Positions 31,935 to 44,468 of a stretch of DNA of 64,000 bases are shown in pieces. The DNA comes from an uncultured Gammaproteobacteria bacterium (lineage in GTDB: Bacteria > Pseudomonadota > Gammaproteobacteria > UBA9214), in NCBI GenBank assembly GCA_963710815.1, contig CAVQCA010000157.1, positions 40,271 to 104,270 on the forward strand, given 5' to 3'. Under the pieces are notes generated by a model. That model searched no databases. It was not told where the DNA came from and saw only the letters and a program-made list of their open reading frames with translations. Each line of letters opens with the position of its first letter. Within the stretch, counting starts at the first letter, position 1. The position numbers and the translations under genes were made by a program.

Positions 31935-32468
31935 CTTTAACCTCCATTACCGGGTTGCCGGTTCCCAAACCTTCCCACTCCACCGGTAGCTGAAACGGCA
32001 TCTGGAAACCCGCCGCCAGGCATTCGTCACGAGTGAACTGCCCCATTACTAGCAGATAGGATGCCAACGTTCACAAACTCATTCATATACATTAAGTTAT
32101 GGCGTATACCTCACTCCGGCAGCCAGATTTTACGGATCGATGCTGTCGTCCTTCAACGACGCCCTATCAGGCGCCATGTTTAAGTAGTTGAAAGATATGG
32201 ATATTACCTGTCTTTATCTGGCGTCAACCGGATGCAGGCGAGCTGACGATCGAATCAGGACCGCAGGGCCATGGCCGGACAGGCTTTGATCAGTGGTGAT
32301 CAGGTCTCCCGTCGACGGAATCGTGTATCAGGGACTGTCCAGAAGGGATTTCAATGTTTGCACGGAAGCACAGGTCGCCAGCCCCGTCTGATTAACCGCG
32401 AGACTGCCGGATCCCGGCTTTCGCGGGGAGGATGAGTTCGAAGAACCTCTGGACGCCTGTTCGACTGA

Positions 32469-33323
32469 TCAGCCGGATGCGAAGGTGTTACAGCTGCCGA
32501 TGTCGCCGTGCTCGATGCCGCGCTTGAACCACTCGACGCGCTGGCGCGATGTTCCGTGGGTGAAGTTTTCGGGAACCACGTAGCCGCTGCCCTCTTTCTG
32601 CAGGCGGTCATCGCCGATGGCGCTGGCCGCGTTGAGTGCCTCCTCGATATCGCCCTCCTCCAGCACGTGGCGGCTGCGATCAGCATGGTTGCCCCAGACT
32701 CCGGCGAAGCAGTCGGCCTGCAGTTCCAGCTTGACCGAGAGCGCATTGGCTTCCGCCTTGCCGAGACCACGCTGTTCTGACTGAATACGATCGCTGATTC
32801 CCAGCAGGTTCTGCACGTGATGGCCCACCTCGTGAGCGATGACGTAGGCCTGCGCGAAATCGCCGGGCGCGCCGTGACGGCGCCTGAGTTCATCGAAGAA
32901 CGAGAGATCGATGTAGACTTTCCTATCGCCGGGACAGTAGAACGGACCCATGGCGGCGCTGCCCGTGCCGCAGGCGGATTGGACGGCCCCGGTGTAGAGC
33001 ACCAGGGTCGGTTCCTGGTAGGTCTTACCCGACTGGCGGAAAATATCCGTCCAGGTATCCTCGGTATCGGCCAGTACCACCGACACGAAATCCGCCATCT
33101 GTTGCTCCTCCGGCGAGGGCTGCCGGTCGGTCTGGCTGACATCGGTGCCCAAACCCGTACCGGTTTGCATCATCAGGATATCCAGCGGATTGATGCCGAG
33201 AAAATAGCTGGCAACCAGCACCAGCGCGATGGTGCCGATGCCGCCCTTGAAGACGACGGGGCCGGCACTCCGTCCACGCCGGTCCTCGATGTTGCTGCTC
33301 CGACGTCCGGTCTTCCAGCGCAT
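32469..33323 (-). CDS. YpfJ-family putative neutral zinc metallopeptidase
   Basis: Collinear with E. coli YpfJ (MRWxGRR…DRR…GPFYCPxDxxVYIDLSF…HEVGHHVQ…ELQADCFAGVWG…SWFKRG). Confidence 0.8.
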   Translation of the reverse strand: MRWKTGRRSSNIEDRRGRSAGPVVFKGGIGTIALVLVASYFLGINPLDILMMQTGTGLGTDVSQTDRQPSPEEQQMADFVSVVLADTEDTWTDIFRQSGKTYQEPTLVLYTGAVQSACGTGSAAMGPFYCPGDRKVYIDLSFFDELRRRHGAPGDFAQAYVIAHEVGHHVQNLLGISDRIQSEQRGLGKAEANALSVKLELQADCFAGVWGNHADRSRHVLEEGDIEEALNAASAIGDDRLQKEGSGYVVPENFTHGTSRQRVEWFKRGIEHGDIGSCNTFASG

Positions 33324-33406
33324 GGGAACCTCCATTCCGGGACAGGAAAACGAAATCCGGGATCATCCCGTATCCGTCGTGCGCATGGTGTCGCACCGCC
33401 CGTCGA

Positions 33407-33631
33407 TCATACCCGCTTGCGGGACAGTCCGGACAGCAGCTTGAGCGCCAGCAGCAGCAGCGGCGTGCCGTGCAGGAACAGGTCGAAGATGTCTATCGGT
33501 CTGACCAGTGTTCCCGAGGCGAGCATCTTCAGCTTCTCCCACAGGTGCGGTTCCGGAACAAACGGCGCCAGCGCCATCACGACAGCCAGCGGCAGCAGCA
33601 CGGAAAGCGGAATGCTATCAAGCCATTTCAT
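33407..33631 (-). CDS. small hypothetical membrane protein (74 aa, two predicted TM helices)
   Basis: Hydrophobic ORF MKWLDSIPLSVLLPLAVVMALAPFV…LLLLALKLLSG. Upstream ORF 33618..34031 may be its frameshifted 5' part. Confidence 0.35.
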   Translation of the reverse strand: MKWLDSIPLSVLLPLAVVMALAPFVPEPHLWEKLKMLASGTLVRPIDIFDLFLHGTPLLLLALKLLSGLSRKRV

Positions 33632-34110
33632 GGTTCGCGTCCGGATTCACTATGTATAAGGGTGTAATGCCCGGTACTGTTGGCTTCATTTCGTTCTGCT
33701 CATAGGCTTCTTTTATCACGATTCTTTTCACAGTACCCAGCACACCGGATGCAGTCAAATCAGCCAGACAGGGCTGGAGTAGACGGACAGGACCGTCGGC
33801 CGCAGGGAAGCGGCCGGCGAGCCTTCGGAGACGGATTAACGGCGAATCCCGCCCGTTCTCCGGTCCGTCGCACCGACAGGACAGGGCCGGGATGATCAGG
33901 CTGGCGAACACCAGGTAGACACCGACCAGCTGCACGGACGCCGTAACACCACGGCATGCAGGGTAAATAAACCAACAGGAGAAATTACGCGTGCAGTGGT
34001 GGAAGGGCGGAGATCTGGCAACCCGCCGCATTGGTATCCACCCGGCAGTCAGGCGAACAGGCTCTGGCGGGAGTTGAACCCGTCCGCATTTCCAGCGGCG
34101 CTGTTCCTGC

Positions 34111-34320
34111 TTACTCGCCTTCGATCATGCGGCAACGCCGGCGGTATTCCTCTTCCATTGCCGCCAGGTGCCCGAGCACATTCTCCAGCGTCTCCTGTTT
34201 TGATGCGTCCTGGGCTTCTTCCAGCCACTGCTCCATTTCCTCCCGCAACAACGTCAGTATGTTCAGCGCGCCGATGAGCTCGTGCAGTTCACCAGGTTTT
34301 TCCGATGTGTCGTCGGTCAT
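34111..34320 (-). CDS. small acidic hypothetical protein (69 aa) immediately downstream of the ArsB/NhaD permease gene
   Basis: ORF with a 10-nt gap to the upstream gene and a helical, acidic sequence. No family recognised. Confidence 0.3.
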   Translation of the reverse strand: MTDDTSEKPGELHELIGALNILTLLREEMEQWLEEAQDASKQETLENVLGHLAAMEEEYRRRCRMIEGE

Positions 34321-34330
34321 GCGGGAAACC

Positions 34331-35674
34331 TCATAGATAACGCAGGTAGACGTATATCATAGCAATGAAAATCGACAGCAGCATCAACGGGAAGGCCATC
34401 AACATGAAAGGCATGAAACGGATAGGGTGCCCGGTGCGCTCCGCGAAACTCGCAATGATGAGGTTCGAACTCGATCCCACGAGGCTGCCGCTGCCGCCGA
34501 GGCAGGCCCCCAGGGAAAGCGACCACCAGACGGGAAGCAGCGCATGAGACCCGCCCAGTGAGGGTGCCATATTCTTGATCAGGGGAATCATCGTCGCGAC
34601 GAAGGGGATGTTATCCACCAGCGCCGAGGCGACCGCCGAGACCCAAAGCACGGAAATGGATGTCACGGTGGTATTGCCGCCGGTCAGCTTGAGCAGCCCA
34701 TGGGCCACGTTTTCCATCAGCCCGGTCACACCTACGCCGTAGACAATGATAAACAGACCGATAAAAAAGAAGATGGTCTGCCACTCCACGTCGGCGAAGG
34801 TCTGTTCGACCACCCTGGACTGTTCACCGGGACTGCGGGGCAGATTGTCCAGCAACAGCAGCAGTGAAGCGCCGAACATAGCGACGGTGGCGACCTCCAC
34901 ATGAAGGACTTTCGCCAGTGCAAAACCGGCAATCACCAGGGCGAGCACGACCAGCGATTGCCACAGCAGACGCCTGTCGGTGATGGCATCGGCTTCGCGG
35001 TAATCGAGCACGCGCTGGCGTCGTTCGGGGCTCGCCTTCAGTCCTCCTCCCCAGATCAGGTAGATCGGCAGCAACGTGGCGATAAAGGCCACCAGCGCGA
35101 GCGGGCCAAGGTTCAGCAAAAAGTCATTGAAGCTCAGACCGGCGGCGGAACCGATCATGATGTTCGGGGGATCGCCGATCAGCGTGGCGGTGCCGCCGAT
35201 GTTGGCGGCGAACAGCTGGGCGAACAGGTACGGGTAGGGATTTACCTTCAGGGCGTCGGTGATCAGCAACGTGACCGGCGCGATCATCAGCACCGTCGTC
35301 ACGTTGGGCAGCAGTGCCGAGAGCACCGCCGTAACCAGCGCCAGCATCACCAGGATACCCACGGGCTCCGCCCTGACCTTTTTCGCCGACCAGATGGCAA
35401 GATACTGAAAAATACCGGATTTCTTGGTAATCGCGACGATGATCATCATGCCGGTCAGCAGGCCGATGGTGTTGAAATCGATACCGCGCAGGGCGGCTTC
35501 CTGGTTGAGCAGGCCCCCGGCGATCATCAGCCCGGCAGCCATCAGTGATACGACCGCCCGGTTGATGCGGTCCGTCATGATGACCACATAGGTCAGCACG
35601 AAGATGACACCCGCGAACCATACGGGATCCATGCCCAGCAGCAGCCGGGTGGCTTCTGTTCCTTCAGTTACCAA
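34331..35674 (-). CDS. ArsB/NhaD-superfamily anion permease (citrate/arsenite-transporter-like)
   Basis: 447-aa polytopic protein with the duplicated-hairpin architecture and conserved …GDPPNIMIG… / …GSSSNLIIA… segments of the ArsB/NhaD/CitMHS superfamily. Confidence 0.7.
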   Translation of the reverse strand: MVTEGTEATRLLLGMDPVWFAGVIFVLTYVVIMTDRINRAVVSLMAAGLMIAGGLLNQEAALRGIDFNTIGLLTGMMIIVAITKKSGIFQYLAIWSAKKVRAEPVGILVMLALVTAVLSALLPNVTTVLMIAPVTLLITDALKVNPYPYLFAQLFAANIGGTATLIGDPPNIMIGSAAGLSFNDFLLNLGPLALVAFIATLLPIYLIWGGGLKASPERRQRVLDYREADAITDRRLLWQSLVVLALVIAGFALAKVLHVEVATVAMFGASLLLLLDNLPRSPGEQSRVVEQTFADVEWQTIFFFIGLFIIVYGVGVTGLMENVAHGLLKLTGGNTTVTSISVLWVSAVASALVDNIPFVATMIPLIKNMAPSLGGSHALLPVWWSLSLGACLGGSGSLVGSSSNLIIASFAERTGHPIRFMPFMLMAFPLMLLSIFIAMIYVYLRYL

Positions 35675-35675
35675 G

Positions 35676-36137
35676 TCAAACCTCGGCGGCGAGTATCTTT
35701 CTGGTTACATCCCAATAGGAGATCATGCCCACAAGCCGCCGTGTGGTCTTCTCGACCACCGGCACGCTGGTGCGGGTCTTGTAGAGAACGAGCAGTGTTT
35801 CCAGCAGGGGAGTATCGGGTTCCACCACGGTGACCTCTTCATTGATGCACAGGCTGATCGGATCGTCCTCTACCTCGATAAGCCGCCGGTGCAGGTCCGT
35901 TAGCGTCTCCCGGATGAAGGGAATCGTGGTCAGGCCCTCCTTCATAACGACCGCCTGTGGCAACATGAGACGCAGCAGACAGTGTACCCCGAAGACGCCC
36001 AGATAGCGGTCATTCTCATCTACAACCGGCAGATTGCGGTAGCGGTGATGCATGATGTACTGCGTGGCGGTGCGGACGGTATCGGTGGAACGCAGCACCG
36101 TCGGCTTTGGATCCATGATGGTATTGGCGGTCATGGG
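35676..36137 (-). CDS. CBS domain-pair protein
   Basis: Two CBS motifs (…YRNLPVVDENDRYLGVFG…, …TSVPVVEKTTRRLVGMISYWDV…). Start placed at MTANTIMDPK; the listed ORF is 5'-extended. Confidence 0.65.
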   Translation of the reverse strand, partial: PMTANTIMDPKPTVLRSTDTVRTATQYIMHHRYRNLPVVDENDRYLGVFGVHCLLRLMLPQAVVMKEGLTTIPFIRETLTDLHRRLIEVEDDPISLCINEEVTVVEPDTPLLETLLVLYKTRTSVPVVEKTTRRLVGMISYWDVTRKILAAEV

Positions 36138-36270
36138 CGATGAGTCATTGTCATGGAGAATGTGATTCCCACCTGCCCTCGCGTGGTCGCTGCATTCCGG
36201 TGTCCCACCAGGGGAAGACGGCCAATTCCCCGCGGTCACGATAGCATGCGCCAGCGGAGAGAGAAAGCAC

Positions 36271-37278
36271 TCAGAACTCCCGCAGATTCGCCTCGACCAG
36301 CCGGACATCCAGCTCGCCGATCCCGGCCCTCTCCCCCGAGATCAGCACCGGCAGACCGTTGCCGGCATCAAGGTAGATCGCGATAGCGCCGCGCAGCTCC
36401 AGCAGTTCGAAAACCGCCGGGTCTGCCCCCGGGCTGATCGGTTCGACCCGAAGCGACAGTTTCAGCACCCTCCGGGAACCGCTAACCCTATGCACGGCAC
36501 CACCGGCGTTCACGGTATAGTCGAGGTGACGCTTGGCCTCCACACCTGGCACGAGCCATACCCGATAGAGCGCATCATCATTAAAGACGCACAGGGGTCT
36601 GCCGCCGTTGGATGGCTCCCGGGACGATGCGCGATCGAGCAGCAGCTCCGGACTGGTCACGAAGTCGCAGCCGGCAGTGGCCAGGTCATACGGATAAAAG
36701 CTCCGTTTGATCTTGGTCCAGTCGACGGGCGGCTGCCTCCCCTCCTCCCGGCTGTCCGGCTCCACCCTGATCCGTGTGGCGCCATCTCCGGCGTAGCGAT
36801 AAACCTTGCGGGCACCGCCCGGTCCGGGTTTCAGCCGGTCGCGCTGCAGGACGGCGAGGCTTCCGGCGGCAAACCAGACCCGCCCCTCCGTGCTGTAGCG
36901 CTCAAGCACCGACTCCGCCAGCGCATGAATATCGAGACGCATGACCTTGCCGGCGACCTGCTGGAATCCCTCGTTTCCGAGCGCGGCATAGGGGCGCGCC
37001 TGCATATCACTACGCGAGGATTCCCCGAGATCTAGCGTCGTCGTAAGGCTGATCCCGAAACGGCTTGCCTCGAAGCGAAGCATGGTCCAGTCCACGCCGG
37101 GAAGGCTGCTCTGCGTGACCGGCGGAGCCTCGCCTCCGGCGTGGCTATACAGCGACAGGGGCAGCAGAAAGGCGAGCAGTGCGGTGCGCAGCGTCCACTC
37201 CCGCGCAACCGGGCCGGCGGTGGCCGCGGCGACAGGCAGTACGACGAATTCCTTTAAACAGTTCATTTCCGATCCCAT
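36271..37278 (-). CDS. hypothetical exported protein
   Basis: 335-aa ORF with a signal-peptide-like N-terminus (MNCLKEFVVLPVAAATAG…LLAFLLPLSLYSHA) and good coding character. No family recognised. Confidence 0.5.
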   Translation of the reverse strand: MGSEMNCLKEFVVLPVAAATAGPVAREWTLRTALLAFLLPLSLYSHAGGEAPPVTQSSLPGVDWTMLRFEASRFGISLTTTLDLGESSRSDMQARPYAALGNEGFQQVAGKVMRLDIHALAESVLERYSTEGRVWFAAGSLAVLQRDRLKPGPGGARKVYRYAGDGATRIRVEPDSREEGRQPPVDWTKIKRSFYPYDLATAGCDFVTSPELLLDRASSREPSNGGRPLCVFNDDALYRVWLVPGVEAKRHLDYTVNAGGAVHRVSGSRRVLKLSLRVEPISPGADPAVFELLELRGAIAIYLDAGNGLPVLISGERAGIGELDVRLVEANLREF

Positions 37279-37596
37279 GTCCTTGAATGAAATGCCTGAT
37301 CTCACGCGGTAGTATAAGCCACCCGCCCGCGTTTCTCGCCTGGCTGGAACGGCGCTCGCACCTTCCGCCGGATACGGCACTTCAGTCTCTACTTGTTCTT
37401 GAATAAGTACCTGTACCTATACAGAAATGTGACGCAATGCCGTTATTGCCTGTGTCGTCCCGATGCCTTGTGAGACAGGGACATGCGACAACCAGACCCG
37501 GACAATTGTCGAATTGCGCCCTGATAAACGGTCTGACACGGGCTCCTGCACAAGAGACGACGTTCGTTAACCAGTACACGGAAGAGGGACCTTGCA

Positions 37597-38805
37597 ATGC
37601 CGGTAAAAAAAATCCGTACCGAGGACGTCGAAGTTGGCATGTTCGTCTCCAGCCTCGACCGCCCCTGGAGCGAAACTCCGTTCCTGTTTCAGGGTTTTCC
37701 GGTCCGGGAAAAGACCGAAATCGATGAGCTGGAAAAGCTCTGCCGCCATGTCTACATCATGGTGCCTGACGAGGAGATCGAGCTCAGCGACGTTACCCCT
37801 AACAAATCCGGGGAGGTTTATCGCGACATCGTCGGACACAAACACTACCAGATCACCAAATCGGCCCAGGAGGAAGTACATGCGGTGCACCGCTCCCACG
37901 AGGAAATCTCCATTCTGGTTCGGGAGATCGAGGCCGCGCTGAACGATGACAAGGAGATCGATCTGCCGGCGATCACGAAATCCATCGAGTTCATGGTCGA
38001 CAGTATCGAGCGCAACCCGGACGCCTACATCTGGCTCACAAGGATCAAGAAATTCGACTCGACGATCTACAAGGATGCACTCAGCGCCTCGGTGTGGGCA
38101 ACGACTCTGGGACGGGAACTCGGGCTGGCGCGGGACAAGCTCAATGCCCTGTGCATGGGGACACTGTTCATGGACATCGGCAAGACGGCCCTGCCAAGCA
38201 AGCTGCTGAACCAGGCAGGACGACTGTCGGACGATGAATGGGCGCTGATGAAAACCCACGTCGAGCAGGGTGTACGCATCCTTTCGGAAAAGGACGGCAT
38301 TCCGGATGACGTCCTCGACATCGTCCGCACGCATCATGAGCGGCTGGACGGCAGCGGTTACCCCGCGGCCCTCAGGGGCGATGGATTACCCCTCCTCGGG
38401 CAGATTGGCGGCATCGTCGATTTCTACGTATCTGTAACACTGCCGCGGCCCTACGCCAAGGCCGTTTCACCCTCCAATGCCATTTACATGCTGTATCAGC
38501 AGCAGGGGCGCCACTTCTCCGAGCTGCTCGTCAGGAACTTCATTCATGCCCTGAGCACCTACCCCACCGGCTCACTCGTAGAACTAAGCAGCGGCGAGGT
38601 CGGCATTGTGATATCCCAGAACCCCGGCCTGCGCCTGAAGCCCAACGTGGTCCTGATCCTCGATCCTGACAAGAAGCCCTACGGATCCTACCCGATCATC
38701 AATCTCGCCGATTACAGCCCCGGACACACCGGCAACCCGATCAATATCGTAAAGACCATGGTGGACGGTGATTACGACATACGAGTTGAGGAACTGGCAT
38801 TCTGA
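37597..38805 (+). CDS. HD-GYP domain phosphodiesterase with an N-terminal DUF3391-like domain (likely c-di-GMP turnover)
   Basis: N-terminus MPVKKIRTEDVEVGMFVSSLDRPW…, as in DUF3391 proteins. C-terminal HD domain with …MKTHVEQGVRIL… and the HHERLDGSGYP motif. Confidence 0.8.
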   Translation: MPVKKIRTEDVEVGMFVSSLDRPWSETPFLFQGFPVREKTEIDELEKLCRHVYIMVPDEEIELSDVTPNKSGEVYRDIVGHKHYQITKSAQEEVHAVHRSHEEISILVREIEAALNDDKEIDLPAITKSIEFMVDSIERNPDAYIWLTRIKKFDSTIYKDALSASVWATTLGRELGLARDKLNALCMGTLFMDIGKTALPSKLLNQAGRLSDDEWALMKTHVEQGVRILSEKDGIPDDVLDIVRTHHERLDGSGYPAALRGDGLPLLGQIGGIVDFYVSVTLPRPYAKAVSPSNAIYMLYQQQGRHFSELLVRNFIHALSTYPTGSLVELSSGEVGIVISQNPGLRLKPNVVLILDPDKKPYGSYPIINLADYSPGHTGNPINIVKTMVDGDYDIRVEELAF

Positions 38806-38970
38806 CCGTCGGCCTGACATGGTTCCGCCAGGTCATGGGCCTTTCCGGCTGTTTATCCGTTCATACGCCCGCCGTACGATGGCGGGAAATCATGAGGTCG
38901 TTGCCGCAGCGGCGGGATGCATCGAATTGCCTCCCGTATCGGTAAAAAGTGCCACACGCTATCTTTGGCC

Positions 38971-39177
38971 TCAGTTTCTCAGGAAGTACGGCAGCGCGAC
39001 CAGAAGCAGACCGGCAAGAACGAGGTAATAGACGTTCGATATAACATAGGGGACGACAAACAGGGCAATACCGGCCACCAGCGGAACAACCGCCTGTTGC
39101 TTGCGGCCATAAATAAAGAATCCGAGCCCAACAGACCCGAAGATCACGCCCCAGAGCAGCGTCGAGGTATCGCCCAT
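38971..39177 (-). CDS. small hypothetical membrane protein (68 aa, 2 TM)
   Basis: MGDTSTLLWGVIFGSVGLGFFIYGRKQQAVVPLVAGIALFVVPYVISNVYYLVLAGLLLVALPYFL is strongly hydrophobic and plausible, but the family is unknown. Confidence 0.4.
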   Translation of the reverse strand: MGDTSTLLWGVIFGSVGLGFFIYGRKQQAVVPLVAGIALFVVPYVISNVYYLVLAGLLLVALPYFLRN

Positions 39178-39422
39178 AAGGGATGCCTGCCTCCTGACCC
39201 GTTATCGAATTGACCGCCAAAGTTCACTGAACACGTTCACGCCGCGGCACAGACTACCATAGACAGCAAAATCCCGGGCGAGGCTGATGAGAGATGTTCA
39301 CTCCATACGGAATGAACACATCGACGTGCCGCACCGCCGCCCCGGAACATTGAAGCGCGCGGCGCGTGTCCCCGATCGAAAGCGGTCCCGGACAGACACC
39401 TTACTGCGCGGTCAGCGGACGA

Positions 39423-41285
<1,863 letters not shown>

Positions 41286-41385
41286 GGGGGGATTGTACGG
41301 CCCTGCGACGACCCGGTCAGCCGGAAAACCGGAAAGAGGATGTAATCCATGATACAGGGACTATTCGGGCACGTTTCGCGCTAGA

Positions 41386-41523
41386 GTAGGGTTCATCCAT
41401 ATAGAAACAAACTCACCGCAAAGGCGCAAAGAACGCAAAGTGTTTGATTTTTCTTATTAAAAAGAATTTCTCTGCGTCCTTTGCGTCTTTGCGGTGAAAG
41501 CGGTGTTATGGGGACCCAGGAGC
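41386..41523. repeat. CGCAAAG-octad palindromic repeat, copy F (complete), directly abutting MITE copy 3
   Basis: CTCACCGCAAAGGCGCAAAGAACGCAAAGTG…(AT-rich loop)…TTTCTCTGCGTCCTTTGCGTCTTTGCGGTGA, a near-perfect 28-bp inverted repeat. Confidence 0.8.
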
Positions 41524-41525
41524 CT

Positions 41526-41685
41526 GTCGGATTCAGGATTGATCTACTGCGCTGGCGGGTGAGCGGCCCATAGTTCCCCGATATCTCGTTGCATAGCACC
41601 ACTATGCGTCTCGATATCGTGAAACCTCTGTGCTTCGCTCTCCCACCATGCTCGCTACGATCACCTGAATCCGACAGGCTCCTGG
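41526..41685. mobile_element. MITE-like element, copy 3 (diverged; CCAGG/CCTGG termini)
   Basis: CCAGGAGCCTGTCGGATTCAGGATTGATC…GATCACCTGAATCCGACAGGCTCCTGG, with the same core as copy 2. Confidence 0.75.
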
Positions 41686-41721
41686 AGTAAACAGAACAGT
41701 ACCAGCTTCCCGGAGGGCAAC

Positions 41722-43161
41722 GTGAAGGACAACCAGCAGGAGAGCATGACATTTCGCGAGGGCGTCAACCGCATGGTCGACCATGCCACGGTGGCAGCCA
41801 GCCTGGATCCCAACACCGCCAAGCTCATCAAGGCCTGTGATGCCGTCCTGCAGCTCCGGTTTCCGGTCAGGCTGCACGGGACGGTGGAAATCTTCACCGG
41901 CTGGTGGGCGGTGCACAGCGCCCATCGCCTGCCGGCCAAGGGCGGCCTGCGTTTCGCGCCGTACGCCAGCCAGGAAGAGACAGAGGCGCTGGCCGCCCTG
42001 ATGAGCTACAAGTGCGCGATTGCCGACATTCCCTTCGGCGGCGCCAAGGGCGCGTTAATGATCGACCCCGGCAAATACTCCGTTGATGAACTGCGCGAGA
42101 TCACCCGGCGTTTCGCCCAGGAGCTGGCACGGCGCGACTTCCTCGACCCGGCGACGAATGTCCCGGCGCCGGACATGGGCACCTCGGCCCGGGAGATGGG
42201 GTGGATCGTCGACACCTACAAGACCCTGTACCCGGAGGACGTCAACCAGGATGCCTGCGTCACCGGCAAGCCGGTCGACCGCGGCGGCATCCCCGGGCGC
42301 GTCGAAGCCACCGGCAAGGGAGTACATTTTGCCCTGCAGGAATTCTTCCGGCACCGCGAAGAGGTCGAGAAAACCGGCCTGACGGATGGTCTCGCCGGGC
42401 AGCGCGTCGTCGTACAAGGACTCGGCAATGTCGGCTACCACACCGCCAAATACCTCACCGAGGAGGACGAGGTCAGGGTCATTGCCATCATCGAGCGCGA
42501 CGGCGTAATCACGAACGAGGACGGGCTCAATATCCATGATGTGCGCCAGCACCTGGCCATGACCGGGGGGGTGAAGGGGTTTCCCGGGGGCGAATACAGC
42601 CCCTGCGGCAGCGAGGCACTGGAGATGGACTGCGACATCCTCATTCCGGCTGCCATGGAGTCGCAGATCAACGCCGGCAATGCCATGAATATCCAGGCAA
42701 AACTCCTCGTCGAGGCGGCCAACGGGCCGGTCACCTACGAGGCCGACGAGATCCTGCGCCGCCGCGGCATCGTGATCCTGCCGGACGTCTTCATCAACGC
42801 CGGCGGCGTCACCGTCTCCTACTTCGAGTGGACGCGCAATCTCTCCCACATGCGCTTCGGACGCCTGCAGCGGCGCTTCGACGAGCTGCGCGGAACTTCC
42901 TATCTCACCGCACTGGAAACCATGACCGGCAAGGAGGCACCGGGGGCGTTGCGCAACGATATCGTGCGCGGCGCGAGCGAGCTCGACCTGGTACGTTCGG
43001 GGCTGGACGACACCATGCGCGCGGCTTTCCAGGAGATACGCAACACCATGAAACGCTACCCGACGATTTATGATTACCGCACTGCCGCCTATGTCATCGC
43101 CATCCGCAAGCTGGCCCAGTCGTATTACGATCTCGGTCTGGCCGACACGCCGGTGGAATAA
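41722..43161 (+). CDS. gdh: NAD(P)-dependent glutamate dehydrogenase (Glu/Leu/Phe/Val dehydrogenase family)
   Basis: Catalytic-lysine region …KCAIADIPFGGAKGALMIDP… and the Rossmann …VVVQGLGNVG…; 479 aa. Confidence 0.85.
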   Translation: MKDNQQESMTFREGVNRMVDHATVAASLDPNTAKLIKACDAVLQLRFPVRLHGTVEIFTGWWAVHSAHRLPAKGGLRFAPYASQEETEALAALMSYKCAIADIPFGGAKGALMIDPGKYSVDELREITRRFAQELARRDFLDPATNVPAPDMGTSAREMGWIVDTYKTLYPEDVNQDACVTGKPVDRGGIPGRVEATGKGVHFALQEFFRHREEVEKTGLTDGLAGQRVVVQGLGNVGYHTAKYLTEEDEVRVIAIIERDGVITNEDGLNIHDVRQHLAMTGGVKGFPGGEYSPCGSEALEMDCDILIPAAMESQINAGNAMNIQAKLLVEAANGPVTYEADEILRRRGIVILPDVFINAGGVTVSYFEWTRNLSHMRFGRLQRRFDELRGTSYLTALETMTGKEAPGALRNDIVRGASELDLVRSGLDDTMRAAFQEIRNTMKRYPTIYDYRTAAYVIAIRKLAQSYYDLGLADTPVE

Positions 43162-43243
43162 CTCACCATAACAGTACGAAATATCGTATTCCGGCACCTT
43201 GTCGAGACCTGCGAGCCAGACACCGCCCGGGATGAATCTCTGG

Positions 43244-43507
43244 CTACTGAGGCGGCGGAGGAACACCCGCCGAGGTCAGGTAATCACGCAGATGGCGGAT
43301 GTCCTGTTTGCTGCACACGCCGCTGTGGTGGGGACGGTGCAGTGTGCCGATAACACCGTTCAACTCGATCTTCATGCGCGCGCCGTGGCCAGGTTCGATG
43401 ACAGCGCCGAGGTGGTGCAGGAGGGACTCGATATCGCGCCAGTGGATATTGCCACCCAGGGGTTCCTGAAGGATGGCATGGAGGAGACGTTCGTGACTGT
43501 GACTCAT
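43244..43507 (-). CDS. hypothetical protein, possibly HicA/YcfA-like (orphan; no hicB partner seen)
   Basis: 87-aa ORF. The …GHGARMKIELNGVIGTLHRPHHSGVCSKQDIRHLRDYLTSAGV tail resembles the HicA pattern GSHxxF…PHP.KDL…IL.QAG. Weak. Confidence 0.3.
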   Translation of the reverse strand: MSHSHERLLHAILQEPLGGNIHWRDIESLLHHLGAVIEPGHGARMKIELNGVIGTLHRPHHSGVCSKQDIRHLRDYLTSAGVPPPPQ

Positions 43508-43701
43508 TCCGGGGTACGATCCTGGTCAGTGAATGCCATTATCCTCCACCTTGCGTAACGGGAGGGCAAATTATTTCCCACGGACGGAATTCGCGAAACT
43601 TCCGGCGCGCCGGCAAATCCGGGATACGGGGGAACGATACGCGGGTGTTATTGCCAGATCAGTGAGGCACAATGCGACATAACCATTATAATTGTAAAAT
43701 T

Positions 43702-44448
43702 ATGGGTGAAATCAGGCCATCTCTGATCATCGGCGCCATCCTGCTGCTGGCCGGGATTCACTGCGGCGCGAATGCCGCGGGAACCCCCCCGCCGTTCAGT
43801 CGCGCCGACAATTCCCCAACGCTGGCGAAAGAACCGGCAGCCGGTCTCTTCCTCGTGGCCCGGCGCGGTCTGGATGATCCTCATTTTCGCCGGTGTGTTA
43901 TCTACCTGTTGCAACATGGATCACAGGGTTCCCTGGGACTGATCGTAAACCGCCCGAGCGGACTGAAGTTGACCGATGCCATATCGAACATCAAGGATGC
44001 GGGCCCCCCTCCCCGACGGATGTTCTTTGGCGGACCGGTGGAGGTCAGTACGGTGTGGATGCTGATTCGCGACACACAGGAAAATCGGCTGGTGCGGCAT
44101 ATTGCCGATGATGTCTACTTCAGCGGCGACCGCACGATACTGGATCGCCTGCTGAACGAAAAGAAACCGGACAATGCCCTGCACTTCTATCTGGGACATG
44201 CCGGCTGGCTGCCCGGCCAACTGGCGCTGGAGATCAAACAGGAGGACTGGTACGTCATTCACACCGATCCGGCGGTCATCTTCAGCACCGATCCTGGATC
44301 GATCTGGAAGCGGCTGATCGAAAAGCTCGACCCGAGCGGCATCTATGCCGGTGACGACAAGACCATGGATACCCCGGCCGCTGCTTTTTCGCATATACCA
44401 CAGGTCATTGATCTGACGAATCAACCCGGGCTCTTCCGGCGGGGCTGA
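43702..44448 (+). CDS. algH: YqgE/AlgH-family protein (UPF0301), here with an N-terminal signal-peptide-like extension
   Basis: …[14 protein letters not shown]…[10 protein letters not shown]…FGGPVE… is collinear with E. coli YqgE; start chosen at [18 protein letters not shown]. Confidence 0.7.
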   Translation: MGEIRPSLIIGAILLLAGIHCGANAAGTPPPFSRADNSPTLAKEPAAGLFLVARRGLDDPHFRRCVIYLLQHGSQGSLGLIVNRPSGLKLTDAISNIKDAGPPPRRMFFGGPVEVSTVWMLIRDTQENRLVRHIADDVYFSGDRTILDRLLNEKKPDNALHFYLGHAGWLPGQLALEIKQEDWYVIHTDPAVIFSTDPGSIWKRLIEKLDPSGIYAGDDKTMDTPAAAFSHIPQVIDLTNQPGLFRRG

Positions 44449-44468
44449 TACCCCGCGCCTGTCACCCG

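Noticed and set aside
31786-32067. ORF 31786..32067 (-), starting MASYLLVMGQFTRDECLAAG, as a small gene upstream of mlaC
   Set aside because: It overlaps the mlaC start in another frame and has a TTG start with no RBS. It becomes low-complexity after 45 residues and is probably spurious.
33618-34031. ORF 33618..34031 (-) as an independent gene
   Set aside because: Mixed hydrophobic and low-complexity composition and no recognisable family. It may be the frameshifted 5' part of the 33407..33631 membrane ORF, or noise, so it is not called separately.
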